From Terriglobia bacterium (lineage in GTDB: Bacteria > Acidobacteriota > Terriglobia > JAJPHL01 > JAPKYU01), in assembly GCA_965223005.1 (NCBI GenBank), contig CBDCVK010000010.1:928001-992000 (forward strand): a DNA stretch of 64,000 nt, in the 5' to 3' direction. The position numbers and the translations under genes are program-made. Positions 24,059 to 33,573 of the stretch are shown piece after piece. The notes beneath the pieces were generated by a model. The model was not told the DNA's origin and ran no database searches. It saw nothing but the letters and a program-made list of their open reading frames with translations. Each line of letters starts with the position of its first letter. The stretch's first letter is position 1.

Positions 24059-24628
24059 CTACGAGATTACCTCGGGCGCGGGACTCTTCTTCATGAAATC
24101 CTCCGGCTCGACGCCCAACGCGTCGGCCAGCCGGGCGTAGTAGTTGAAGAAGCCGATGATGTGGACGGCGGTGAGTATCTCCTCATCCGTCCAGCCAGCC
24201 TCGCGCAGGCGGGCGACATTCTGCCCGCTCAGCTTCTGCGGCGCCTGCGTGACCTCGACGACGAAATCGAGCAGGGCGCGCGTCTTAACATCGAGCGTCG
24301 CCCGACGATAGTCGCGCTTGACCTGGGCGGCCAGCTCCTCATCGCCGGTGACTGCACGGAGATCCTCTCCGTGAGCTTCCGTTCAATAGAAGCAGTTGAG
24401 CGCACGCGAGGTCACCGTGGCGATCATCTCCCGCGTTGCGCGGGGAAGCGGCCCCGGCCCCAGCATGAGCGTCTGGTAGAGGCGAAGGGAGGCCTCCATT
24501 GCGCGCGGGTTCAGACTGGAGATGCGCACGATGTTGAACACCCGCCCGGCGCGTTTGACGGCAACATCGTACTGCTGCTTCAGTGAGCCGGTGGCTTCCT
24601 CTGGCGCAATGGTTCGTATGTAGGCCAT
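24059..24628 (-). CDS. AhpD/peroxidase-related (CMD-fold) selenoprotein, CxxU with Sec at codon 82, 189 aa
   Basis: ..REMIATVTSRALNCFY-TGA(24385-24383)-TEAHGEDLR..ALLDFVVEVT..LREAGWTDEEI..FNYYARLADALGV in one frame; hairpin CACGGAGA-GGA-TCTCCGTG starts 10 nt after the UGA. Confidence 0.88.
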
Positions 24629-24772
24629 AAGCATTCCCTGTCCAAGTGCCCCGTAACCCCCCGTGACCCATAGCCGGGGTGAAGAAGAAGAGAGAAGCTG
24701 GCGCGTCCGTGGGGATCCCTGGCCCACGCCGATGCCCTGATGGGAAACGGAGCTATCGCTTACTTCTTGACC

Positions 24773-25648
24773 TTATTTCTTGACCAGCACGTCGATCAAC
24801 CGCACGGCATAGTCACCCGGATAGCGCTCTCGATCGGTGCCCGGGTCTTCGTAGTCCCAGCTGCCGCCTCGGATGATTATCTTGCGAGCGACCGGGTCAG
24901 CCTCTCCGATCCGAAAGTAGGCTGTGTTCTCATACAATCCTCCCATTATGGGGCCCGGCCTGTAGTATCCATTGCTCATCCCATAGACAATGCTCTGCAA
25001 TTGTTCGACAAATGCTTCAGCTTCCTCGACGGATTCGAACTTTTGCTTCTCGGAAAGTGCTTTCTGGGGCCAGGCATTATGCTGTCCCTTGAGACCCTCA
25101 ATCATCTGTCGCTTGATTAATTGCCCGCGCGTATTTTTGAGGTCTTCCCCATCAGCCCACCACTCGAGGATGTTGTAGCCTGGAGTGGAGCAAGCCGAGC
25201 CCACCACCGTAACGGACACGATTGGCTTCTCTTCTACAATCGTGATGCTTCCAACATCTCCGAAGATCTCTACCCCTTTTTGACTATACTCTGACCAATG
25301 ATCTATTGTGACGTTCCGGTAATGGAAGGGGGATCTATATAAATGATGTTCTGTCTCGAACACTTCTACTTCCTGCGGCGGACCAAGCTTGCTATTGCCC
25401 TGAGGGGCCCGGTAAAGCGGCATGCTGCCTTCTTTAGGGAGAATCGTGTAGGAAGGAAGCTTTTCATCCGGTGAAGGCCACCGGAGGCTGTACCGGAACG
25501 GCTTCTTGGTCGTCGGCGGGTTTTGGGCGTTTCCTTGTTTCTCCGCCGCAACCCAAACAACTGGAACCATAATCAGCAGGGTTGAAACCATCAATAAAGC
25601 TGGTCTCAACCGTTTTCCCAATAGGAATTTAGAAATTTCCAGACGCAT
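24773..25648 (-). CDS. Exported hypothetical protein
   Basis: 291-aa ORF with signal-peptide-like N-terminus and AGGAGG RBS; AT-richer than flanks; no recognised motif. Confidence 0.7.
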   Translation of the reverse strand: MRLEISKFLLGKRLRPALLMVSTLLIMVPVVWVAAEKQGNAQNPPTTKKPFRYSLRWPSPDEKLPSYTILPKEGSMPLYRAPQGNSKLGPPQEVEVFETEHHLYRSPFHYRNVTIDHWSEYSQKGVEIFGDVGSITIVEEKPIVSVTVVGSACSTPGYNILEWWADGEDLKNTRGQLIKRQMIEGLKGQHNAWPQKALSEKQKFESVEEAEAFVEQLQSIVYGMSNGYYRPGPIMGGLYENTAYFRIGEADPVARKIIIRGGSWDYEDPGTDRERYPGDYAVRLIDVLVKK

Positions 25649-25779
25649 AGCGCCTCCTTAAATTTGAGTTTTCTCTCGCTCAGAGGTGGTCTTGCCGGGG
25701 ACACGCATGCTACGCCCCGCCTGCGGACAAGTCAACGCGGCGCCGCGGCCGGGCTCCGGTGTGGTGCCCCGAACTTCAC

Positions 25780-26235
25780 CTACTGTTTGACTGCAGTCCC
25801 CTGGACTTCGAAATGGCCTCCAAGCAGCAATGACGCCACTCCGATGAAAGCTCGCGATGGGAAATTCTTGTTGAAATATGTGCGATACACAGCGTTGAAC
25901 CTGGCGTAAAGGGAGAGGTCAGTGCAGTAGACCTGCACGGAGACGAGATTCTCCATCGTCATGTCAGCTTTAGCCAGCGTCGCTTTCATTTCATCAAGGG
26001 CGAGGCGGACCTCTTGTTCCAGGTCATCGGGGACCTTGCCAGTCTTAGGGTCGACACCGAGGGTGCCGGCAAGGTAGAGGACGTTTCCTACCAGGACGCC
26101 GTTGCTAAATGGCAATTGGTCCGTACGGTCGGGAAAATTAATGTAGCGGCGCTCAACGGTCTGAGCTTGCAGCAAGACTGTCCCGGCTAAAAGCCAGATC
26201 AAAATTCCAAGAGCAAAAACCTGCCTGGATTTCAT
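25780..26235 (-). CDS. RidA/YjgF family protein with signal peptide
   Basis: PFSNGVLVGNVLYLAG, FNAVYRTYF..PSRA..FEVQGTA; N-terminal hydrophobic segment ending LQA. Confidence 0.9.
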   Translation of the reverse strand: MKSRQVFALGILIWLLAGTVLLQAQTVERRYINFPDRTDQLPFSNGVLVGNVLYLAGTLGVDPKTGKVPDDLEQEVRLALDEMKATLAKADMTMENLVSVQVYCTDLSLYARFNAVYRTYFNKNFPSRAFIGVASLLLGGHFEVQGTAVKQ

Positions 26236-26278
26236 CGTTTCTCCTTCATGTGAAATGTTGTGCGTCTGTCGGACTTAT

Positions 26279-27337
26279 TTAGCGTGCTTCGCCAAGTGGA
26301 ATCCGGATCTTAGCCAGATAGATGCTGGTCTTGGCTTCGTGGGAGGAATAGTAGCTCATCCACAGCAGATTCTTGTGCCACACCAGTCCCGGGTAGCTGG
26401 TGTCTCCACCGCTCGGCAACGTGAGCACCGGCTCATAACTGTTGCGAGTCATTCTCGCCAAGACGGTGTTTGTTGTGCCGTCCGGGTGATACCTCCGACC
26501 CGCGGCCCAAAGACTGCCGTCGGGAAGCCGTATGAAGTTGGGGCCTCCGATGCGGAGCTTCATCTTGTGGAATGTCCACTGCTTATACGGCGGCTGACTG
26601 GTTCCGATCCACGAGGGGCGAACAAGAGCAATCAGCTCTCCGTTAGGCAGAAACCGGAGAGTCGTTTCACTGATCCGATCGACCTCAAGCTCCGTGATCC
26701 ACTGCCAGCGAAGACCATCGGTACTGGAATACAAGAATCCTCGCCTTGGTTTGCTCCCTTCGTTGAGTCTCGAGACGCTGTAGGCGACACCTTTATGCCA
26801 CGTCACCCGCCACAACCAGTGGTCTTCCGCCAGCACCCGCTGAGGACGTGTCCATTCCCGTCCGTCTCGCGAAAAAGCCACCCGTGGAGCACGTGTCTGA
26901 TACACAGTTCTGTCGTAAACGGTGCCGCCGGCAACCGTCATGAGCCGGCCGTCCGGCATGACGGAGAGTTTTGGGTCTCTCAGGTCAATCCCTTCTTCCA
27001 CGAGAAGCGCTGCGGATTCCCACTTTTCCCCATCTCTCGACGTTAGGACCCGCAACTTTCCAATTGACCTGCCGTGCGACTCTGCCTCGCGGAATATACA
27101 GTACCAGCGGTCCTGAAATCGAATCAGGTCGGTGAAGGCACTGTGCGGTGCACGGTCCCAAATTTTTCGGACGGAGATGATCTCAGGCTGATCTGTTGCC
27201 TCGGTCGCCCGAGTGCGATGACTGCCCCACAACACTACTCCTGCAAGCAGGATACCCGTCAATGCTACGAACCGAGCACGTTGGGTGCTGCTAGGAAATA
27301 TTTTCACTTCGCTTCGTCCTTTCAGCGCGTGACGCAA
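26279..27337 (-). CDS. Exported BNR/Asp-box (sialidase-like) beta-propeller protein
   Basis: HSAFTDL, SRDGEKW, SRDGREW, STDGLRW Asp-boxes, GGDTSYPG; start uncertain. Confidence 0.85.
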   Translation of the reverse strand: MRHALKGRSEVKIFPSSTQRARFVALTGILLAGVVLWGSHRTRATEATDQPEIISVRKIWDRAPHSAFTDLIRFQDRWYCIFREAESHGRSIGKLRVLTSRDGEKWESAALLVEEGIDLRDPKLSVMPDGRLMTVAGGTVYDRTVYQTRAPRVAFSRDGREWTRPQRVLAEDHWLWRVTWHKGVAYSVSRLNEGSKPRRGFLYSSTDGLRWQWITELEVDRISETTLRFLPNGELIALVRPSWIGTSQPPYKQWTFHKMKLRIGGPNFIRLPDGSLWAAGRRYHPDGTTNTVLARMTRNSYEPVLTLPSGGDTSYPGLVWHKNLLWMSYYSSHEAKTSIYLAKIRIPLGEAR

Positions 27338-27501
27338 GGGTGGCCTCTCAACCTCACACTACATCAGGATCGGGCTTCCCCAGACCCGTACGCCAGCCGC
27401 CCTGCCGACTCAAGCTCAGATCTGGAAAGCGATTCGGCCCGCGTGTTCAACGGGCAGGCTTTCAACGTCTGTGCTGAGCTGTGATGTCGAAGCGCTGCTC
27501 G

Positions 27502-27548
27502 GTGGCACAGACTTCAGTCTGTGCAGGGGTTTTTCAGCATCCTGCTAA
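27502..27548 (+). repeat. REP-like palindrome followed by an IS5-type terminal sequence overlapping a stop codon
   Basis: GTGG-CACAGACT-TC-AGTCTGTG then TTTTTCAGCATCCTGCTAA; CTA at 27545-27547 is the stop codon of the TPP-enzyme gene. Confidence 0.6.
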
Positions 27549-29215
27549 ACCTTCGGCGCCCAAGCTGGAGGTGCGATCCCCTCAATGTGCGTTTTCACGT
27601 CGATGACCGCCGGTCTGCCTGACCCTAACGCCTGATCGAGCGCCCCTGAGAATTCACTTGGCTTGTTGACGTGAATTCCGAAACATCCCATCGATTTCGC
27701 GACCTTCGCAAAGTCAGATTCTGGGAAGATCCACAACTCGTCGGACCCCGCACTCCGACCACCGTAGATCATTTCGTTAATTTCTTGCTCTTGGTTCAGC
27801 GAGTGGTTGTTGTTGACCACAGTGACCGTATGGATGCCGCAGCGAAGGGCCGTCTCCAACTCGGTGAGGTGGTACCAGATGCCCCCGTCGCCCGAGAAGC
27901 AAATGACCGGCCGGTCGGGCGCGGCGCACTTGGCGCCGATCGCGGCGGGCAAGCCCCAGCCCAGCGAGCCCGCGCAGCGGATGTAGCGTTGCGACGGGTG
28001 CTTGAGATCGATCATCGTGCCGGTCCAGATGCCCGCGTGGCCGGTGTCGGAAACAAGAATTGCATCCGCAGGCAACGAGTCCGTCATTTCCCGACAGAGC
28101 CGTTCGGGCCTCAAAGGAATCTCATCTGAGTTGACCAGCGGAGCGACCTCCTGCTTCCACTTCTTGACGAAGCCTTGCACGCGGCGAGTCCATTCGGGAT
28201 GGTCGGCGGGCTCGGCATGATCAATCATTTTGCGCAGCGAGGCTTTGGCGTCCGCCTGGAGCCCGACCGTGATCGGGAACGACCGCCCTAGCTCAGACGG
28301 GTTGATATCGAGTTGAACGACCCGTGTGCCCTCCCGCGGGATGCGCCATTCGTTTGTCACCTGGCCGCCGGTATGGCTCCCGACAAAAAAGACCAAGTCT
28401 GCTTCAGCGACCGCTTGATTCGCGCAGCTCCGTGAGTACAGTCCGCACACTCCGACACCTAGAGGATGGTCGTAGGGAAAGGTTTCTTTGGCGTTGAGGG
28501 AGGTTGCGACGGGGATCGACAACTTTTCGGCAAGTTGGACAAGTTCCGCTCCGGCGTCGGAATAGGTAACCCCGCCGCCGGCAACGATCAATGGGCGTTC
28601 GGCCTGCGCCAGTAGTTGTACGGCCTTGCGAACCGTGGCTACATCAGGTTCGGGCCGGAACGGCGGGATCTGTGTGAAGGCATCTTCGATCACGATCTCG
28701 AGATTGGCCTCTTCATCCGCGAGTTGCCCAATAAATCCTTCCAGGTCCAAGTGCACTGGCCCCGGCGTCCCCGAGACCGCTTCTCGAAAGGCCTGGCGCA
28801 AGAAGTAGGATAGTTGTGTCGCCTGACTCACGAGCACGTTGTATTTCGTAACGCCATCGAAGAATTTGACGTGGTCAACTTCCTGATATTGGTGCCGATG
28901 CTGGCTAATTTGGCTCTGGCGGCCGGTCAATGCCATGACAGGCGAGCACGCTAGGAAAGCGTCCTGCAACCCTGCTGCGAGATTCGCGGCCCCAACCGAT
29001 TGCGACATACAGATGCCGGTACTTCGGCTGACCCGGGCGTAGCCGTCGGCCATGTAGGCCGCGGCTTTTTCGCCGTGCGTCATGATGCGTTTGATGCCGA
29101 GCTTTTCCATCTCGGCCAACGCCCGGATCGCGACGACCGGCATGAAGAACACATGGCTCACACCGTAGCCCTTGAATGTTTCGGCGATGAATCTCCCCCC
29201 GGTCATCTTCGGCAT
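27545..29215 (-). CDS. Thiamine pyrophosphate-dependent enzyme (acetolactate synthase large-subunit-like)
   Basis: GVSHVF, EKAAAYMADGYAR, PGPVHLDL, GSLGWGLPAAIGA, GDGG..NN TPP-binding motif. Confidence 0.93.
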   Translation of the reverse strand: MPKMTGGRFIAETFKGYGVSHVFFMPVVAIRALAEMEKLGIKRIMTHGEKAAAYMADGYARVSRSTGICMSQSVGAANLAAGLQDAFLACSPVMALTGRQSQISQHRHQYQEVDHVKFFDGVTKYNVLVSQATQLSYFLRQAFREAVSGTPGPVHLDLEGFIGQLADEEANLEIVIEDAFTQIPPFRPEPDVATVRKAVQLLAQAERPLIVAGGGVTYSDAGAELVQLAEKLSIPVATSLNAKETFPYDHPLGVGVCGLYSRSCANQAVAEADLVFFVGSHTGGQVTNEWRIPREGTRVVQLDINPSELGRSFPITVGLQADAKASLRKMIDHAEPADHPEWTRRVQGFVKKWKQEVAPLVNSDEIPLRPERLCREMTDSLPADAILVSDTGHAGIWTGTMIDLKHPSQRYIRCAGSLGWGLPAAIGAKCAAPDRPVICFSGDGGIWYHLTELETALRCGIHTVTVVNNNHSLNQEQEINEMIYGGRSAGSDELWIFPESDFAKVAKSMGCFGIHVNKPSEFSGALDQALGSGRPAVIDVKTHIEGIAPPAWAPKV

Positions 29216-29241
29216 TCCGCTACCTGGCGAACCCTACCTAC

Positions 29242-29619
29242 TTAGTCGTCATACTCCACGACGACTTGATCGCTCTCGATCGTCACGGTGTAGGTCCGAA
29301 CGGACACCTCAGGCAGGGTCAGACAGCGGCCGGTCTTGATGTCAAACGGCCATTGATGCCAAGGGCACCGCAGGATCTCACCCTCTCGTTCAAACCGCAA
29401 TCCGTGGTTCCTGACCGTGACCGGAGCCTCCGTGACCACGGTGCCCCCGATGCTTCCTGTACACAAAGGCCCGAGTTTATGAGGACAAAGATTATGCAAT
29501 GCGTGGAACGAGCCATTGACGTTGAACACGCCGATACCTGCCTTGCCCCGGAACGGCACGACAAGCTTTCTTCCCCCCGGCGGAATCTCGCCCACCTTCG
29601 CTACGACAACGCGAGGCAC
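29242..29619 (-). CDS. Rieske [2Fe-2S] ferredoxin-like protein
   Basis: CPH..CPWH ligand motifs. Confidence 0.92.
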   Translation of the reverse strand: MPRVVVAKVGEIPPGGRKLVVPFRGKAGIGVFNVNGSFHALHNLCPHKLGPLCTGSIGGTVVTEAPVTVRNHGLRFEREGEILRCPWHQWPFDIKTGRCLTLPEVSVRTYTVTIESDQVVVEYDD

Positions 29620-29624
29620 TCAGC

Positions 29625-30289
29625 TCAACTCGCCTTCAAGCCGAACAACTCGCGAGCGTTGTCTTCAAAGACTTGCCGGCGCAACCGCTCGGGCAGCTTT
29701 GGAAATGTCGTATGGGGATCGTCCCAGTCGTAGTGCGGAAAGTCTGAGCAATAGATCAAGGTCTCTTCGGCGTAAATGGCGTCGAACATCTCCAGCAACT
29801 GCTCCTCCCTAGGCGGCTGGTGCAGGGGCTGAGATCCGACCTTCACGTGCCGACGAATGTATTCGCTCGGCAGCTTCTTCAGCCAAGGCGTCTGATCCCG
29901 CAGCATCTTCCAATCGGCATCCATGTGCCAGAGCAATCCGATCAGCCAGGACTGCTGCACCTCGATGAACGCAACCTGCAGCTTCGGATACTTCGGCGGC
30001 GCAGAAACTCGTAAGTTGAGCACGGATCGCGAGGGTCGAAGACCTTGGAATCGTCCCCGTCGGATAGGTCTCTGCGCACGGACCGGAAAGGGACGTTAAA
30101 GAAACCAGCAGTGGGAGTGATCAGACCTTGATCGAGAAAATGTTCCTGATAGGGCTTCGATAAGTACGGCAGGAGGTCTTCAGGCCTCGATATGCTTTGA
30201 TGAATGTCGCAGTCGATGATAGCAACGTCCCTTTTGGGGTCGCCGGTCCACCCGGGCGCCACTGCAGGCGTCGCGCCTACCATTTCCAC
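29625..30289 (-). pseudogene. Amidohydrolase_2-family gene with a large internal deletion and frameshift
   Basis: N-terminal IIDCDIH in one frame is joined near 29994 to KYPKLQVAFIE..LPSEYIRR..CSDFPHYD in another frame; the central part of the TIM barrel is absent. Confidence 0.85.
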
Positions 30290-30629
30290 TGGGTGTTCCT
30301 CCTCAACTTTATCTTTCGGGGAGGAATTGTAGCACACACGCCGGCCCCTTACCTGCCAAGCACCGGTTCTGATGGAGAGTGGCTAAGGACTATTTCACGC
30401 GCTCAGCACGCTAAGGACTGCATCACGGCATCTTGCCGCCCATACCTGTTAACCTCGGCCCCCTGATAATTGGCATCCTCTCACAAAGAGGCTTATCCTC
30501 TCCAGAAACAGGGCGAGAGTTCCCCATCGACTCCAGTGGGCGGAGTATAGCAGGGCTTCACTACTCTTGGCGGGATGGCTCGACGGTCGCCGCATTGGTA
30601 GAGTTCAGCCGGCATCAGCGCTGCCGCCG

Positions 30630-30659
30630 TTGACAACCCAGGCTGGCGCGACGTAGACT
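30630..30659 (+). promoter_or_regulatory. Sigma70-type promoter upstream of the structured yebC leader
   Basis: TTGACA-N18-TAGACT. Confidence 0.6.
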
Positions 30660-30665
30660 CTGCAG

Positions 30666-30915
30666 CATCTGTACATTAACCCCCTTTGGCTGCGCCACTG
30701 ATCCCCCGGTGGCGCAGCGCTTCTGAGTGTCTATCCCGTAGTGGGGTCGGTTCGGGCGGGTCCTGACACCTGGGGTTATGGGAGTTTTCCACTAACGGGC
30801 TAGTGTTTACCAATCCCGGTTTCAGTTGGGCGAATAATCGGCCTACCGGAAACTGACCCATTGCCTCCCAGTGCGATGACTTGCAGCGGGGCCGGAAGCG
30901 GTGTTATCTTTTTCT
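30666..30915 (+). ncRNA. Candidate structured leader or sRNA (family not recognised)
   Basis: 12-bp hairpin 30689-30718; TAACCCC/GGGGTTA (30677/30772); GTGTC/GACAC (30727/30765); T-rich end near 30907-30918. Confidence 0.4.
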
Positions 30916-30955
30916 TCTGCAGGGGCTTTCCGTGTAGCCGAAGGAGTCGAGCGGT

Positions 30956-31711
30956 ATGTCGGGGCATTCCAAGTGGGCCAGCATTAAGCACAAGAAGGCG
31001 CAGACGGATGCGCGCCGTGGCCGGCTGTTCTCGCAGTTGATCAAAGAGATCACGGTGGCCGCGCGGGCCGCCGGCGGCGACGCGGACTCCAATCCGCGCC
31101 TGCGCACAGCGGTGACCGCCGCCAAGGCGGCCAGCATGCCGGCCGACAACATCAAGCGGGCCATCCAGCGGGGCACCGGGGAGATTCCCGGTCTCGTGGT
31201 GGATGAGGTGACGTTTGAGGGTTATGGCCCCGGCGGAGTGGCCGTGCTGGTGGAGGTGGCCACTGACAACCGCAACCGAACGGTCAGCGAAATCCGCCAC
31301 ACCTTTTCCAAGCAAGGCGGGAACCTGGGGGAAGCCGGCAGCGTGGCCTGGATGTTCAAGAAACGCGGCTACATTGTTATTCCCAAAGCGAAGGCCAGCG
31401 AAGACCAGTTGCTGAGCATTGTACTGGATGCGGGCGGGGAGGACCTGCGGGATGACGGCTCGCAGTGGGAGGTGCTGACGGCGGTGGAGGCCTTCGAGGC
31501 GGTCTTGAACGCTTTGAAGGCCAGCCAGGTGGAAACAACCTTGGCCGAGATTTCCATGATCCCGCAGAACTACGTCAAGCTGGAGGGAAGGAACGCGCAA
31601 CAACTGATGCGCCTGCTGGAGGCGCTGGAGGACCACGACGACGTGCAGCACGTCTATTCCAACTTTGACGTGGAAGAGCGTGAGCTGCAGGCGGTGAGTG
31701 GCGGTGAGTAA
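30956..31711 (+). CDS. yebC: YebC/PmpR family protein
   Basis: MSGHSKWASIKHKK, EGYGPGGVA, TDNRNRT, DDVQHVYSN. Confidence 0.97.
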   Translation: MSGHSKWASIKHKKAQTDARRGRLFSQLIKEITVAARAAGGDADSNPRLRTAVTAAKAASMPADNIKRAIQRGTGEIPGLVVDEVTFEGYGPGGVAVLVEVATDNRNRTVSEIRHTFSKQGGNLGEAGSVAWMFKKRGYIVIPKAKASEDQLLSIVLDAGGEDLRDDGSQWEVLTAVEAFEAVLNALKASQVETTLAEISMIPQNYVKLEGRNAQQLMRLLEALEDHDDVQHVYSNFDVEERELQAVSGGE

Positions 31712-31756
31712 ATGAGGCGGACACGCGGGCACGTTTTTTCAGCAGCCTTTTAGTCA

Positions 31757-32272
31757 ATGACAATGCGAGTTCTGGGGATTGACTGCGGTTCCGAGTGCAC
31801 TGGCTACGGAATCGTGGAGAGCGACGGCCAGGGCTATCGTCTGGTGGCCGTGGGCGATATCCGACCCACCCAGGGGCTGAGCCTGCCCGAACGGCTGCTT
31901 CAAATTGCCGAAGAGCTGCGACGGCTGATTCAGGAGTATGCCCCGCAGGAAGCAGCGGTCGAAACGGTTTTCGCGGCAATCAACGTGAAGAGCGCGCTGA
32001 AGCTGGCTCAGGTGCGCGGCGTGGCCCTGCTGGAGGCGGCTCGCGCCGGTATCCCGGTCCGGGAGTATTCCCCATTGGAGGTGAAGTCCGGCGTGGTGGG
32101 GTACGGGCGCGCCGAGAAGGCGCAAGTGCAGCAGATGGTCCAAGCGATCCTTGGAACGGCGGAGCCGCTGGAGTCTGCGGACGCCGCCGACGCGCTAGCC
32201 GTCGCCATCTGTCATATCAACGTGGGATTGACCCAACAGAAACTGGCCCGAGCCGCCAGCTCCAGGGGATGA
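31757..32272 (+). CDS. ruvC: Holliday junction resolvase RuvC
   Basis: [38 protein letters not shown]. Confidence 0.96.
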   Translation: MTMRVLGIDCGSECTGYGIVESDGQGYRLVAVGDIRPTQGLSLPERLLQIAEELRRLIQEYAPQEAAVETVFAAINVKSALKLAQVRGVALLEAARAGIPVREYSPLEVKSGVVGYGRAEKAQVQQMVQAILGTAEPLESADAADALAVAICHINVGLTQQKLARAASSRG

Positions 32273-32279
32273 GTTTGCG

Positions 32280-32975
32280 GTGAGGTTCCGCCTCAAGATT
32301 GGTGCCGCGGTTCTCGCCCTGCTCGCCGTGGGAGTCAGTGGCGGTGCCGCCGCATTCCAGCAAGACAAGCCGGCCTTGCCCCGAGTGGTTTTCATCAAGG
32401 AATTTCCCGGCAGCTCACCCTCCTACTACTCGATCACGGTCGTCCAGAACGGCGAAGCGGTCTACGCCACCGAACCGGATGATCCCGAGCCAGTGGGCTT
32501 CCGCCTCTCGGCACCTTTGACCGGCCGGGTGTTCCAGATTGCCGCCCGCCTCAACCACTTCCGCACGCCGTTGGAAACGCGCAAGAAGACGAGGGTTGCC
32601 TCAATGGGCAAGAAGACCTTGCGCTACGAGGCCGGCGCGCAGCGCTTCGAGACGTCGTATAACTTTACCGAGAACCCGGACGCTGCCGCTCTAACCAGAC
32701 TGTTCGAGAAGATTTCCCTCACCGAAGAGTACCTGCTCGGCCTGGAGCGGGTGGTGCGTTTCGACCGTCTGGGAGTGATGCGGCAGCTCCTGTGGATCGA
32801 GATCGCCATGAACAGGCGGGACCTGGTGGCCCCGGTCCAGTTTGTTCCCCTGCTGGAAGAGATCGTTCAGGACTCGCGCTTCCTCAACATCGCACAGGAG
32901 CTCGCTGCTCACCTGTTGAAACGCATCCGCAACGGCAAATACTCCGCAAAATTGAAACTGGGGAAGGCCCGCTAG
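32280..32975 (+). CDS. Exported hypothetical protein
   Basis: Signal peptide (AAA-FQQ); 231 aa; co-oriented 7 bp after ruvC. Confidence 0.8.
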   Translation: MRFRLKIGAAVLALLAVGVSGGAAAFQQDKPALPRVVFIKEFPGSSPSYYSITVVQNGEAVYATEPDDPEPVGFRLSAPLTGRVFQIAARLNHFRTPLETRKKTRVASMGKKTLRYEAGAQRFETSYNFTENPDAAALTRLFEKISLTEEYLLGLERVVRFDRLGVMRQLLWIEIAMNRRDLVAPVQFVPLLEEIVQDSRFLNIAQELAAHLLKRIRNGKYSAKLKLGKAR

Positions 32976-33107
32976 CGGGCGCCGTAAGGCGATCCCTTCA
33001 GGGACGGGGAGCCGTCTTTTGACGCGCGCGGCTCTGCAGGCGGAACCAGATGCCGAGCCGCGACCCTCAGGAGGCGGTCACGCCGCAGTTCTTCAGTACC
33101 CGGCTAG
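32972..33107. mobile_element. CTAG-flanked miniature element (MITE/REPIN-like) between convergent genes
   Basis: CTAG at 32972-32975 and 33104-33107 supply both stop codons; imperfect terminal IRs; inverted pair of GAGCCGCG-type repeats at 33014-33036 and 33055-33078. Confidence 0.6.
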
Positions 33108-33493
33108 GGCAGTCCGGTCCACAATTCGCACACCACGATGGCGTCCAACGGGTTCTGCGGGTCGTACTTGACGCTGGCTAGAAGGCCTTCGCTGAACTTC
33201 TCGCCCTCGGCCATGTGGCGCAACGCGGAAATGTCCTGGGCGGCAGAATAGGTCACTCCGGCGACTGAATAGTCGTAATGGAGGAGCCGGAGGCGGCGGC
33301 CGCTCTGCTCCACTTCGGTTACGTCCACGATCGTACCGTCGCAGATACGCCCGATGGCGTTAATCCGCAGGCGCCGTTCCCGTTCTCTCTCGGCAGGGCT
33401 CTTCCTGGAGCGCAAGGAAAGCCCCAGCGCGAGCGCGCCCGCCAGCAGCCCCCCTGCCATCAACCCCAAGCCGAAGAGTTGGCCTGGCCCCAT
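33104..33493 (-). CDS. Membrane-anchored hypothetical protein (DUF3592-like)
   Basis: N-terminal TM helix; GTIVD..YDYSVAGVTY..VKYDPQNP. Confidence 0.8.
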   Translation of the reverse strand: MGPGQLFGLGLMAGGLLAGALALGLSLRSRKSPAERERERRLRINAIGRICDGTIVDVTEVEQSGRRLRLLHYDYSVAGVTYSAAQDISALRHMAEGEKFSEGLLASVKYDPQNPLDAIVVCELWTGLP

Positions 33494-33573
33494 GTGCGTT
33501 TCCTCTGCGTCCCGTCTGTGGACCTCCCAATATCTCCAACGGCACCCGGCCGGGGCCCCGTTCAGGGCCTCGT

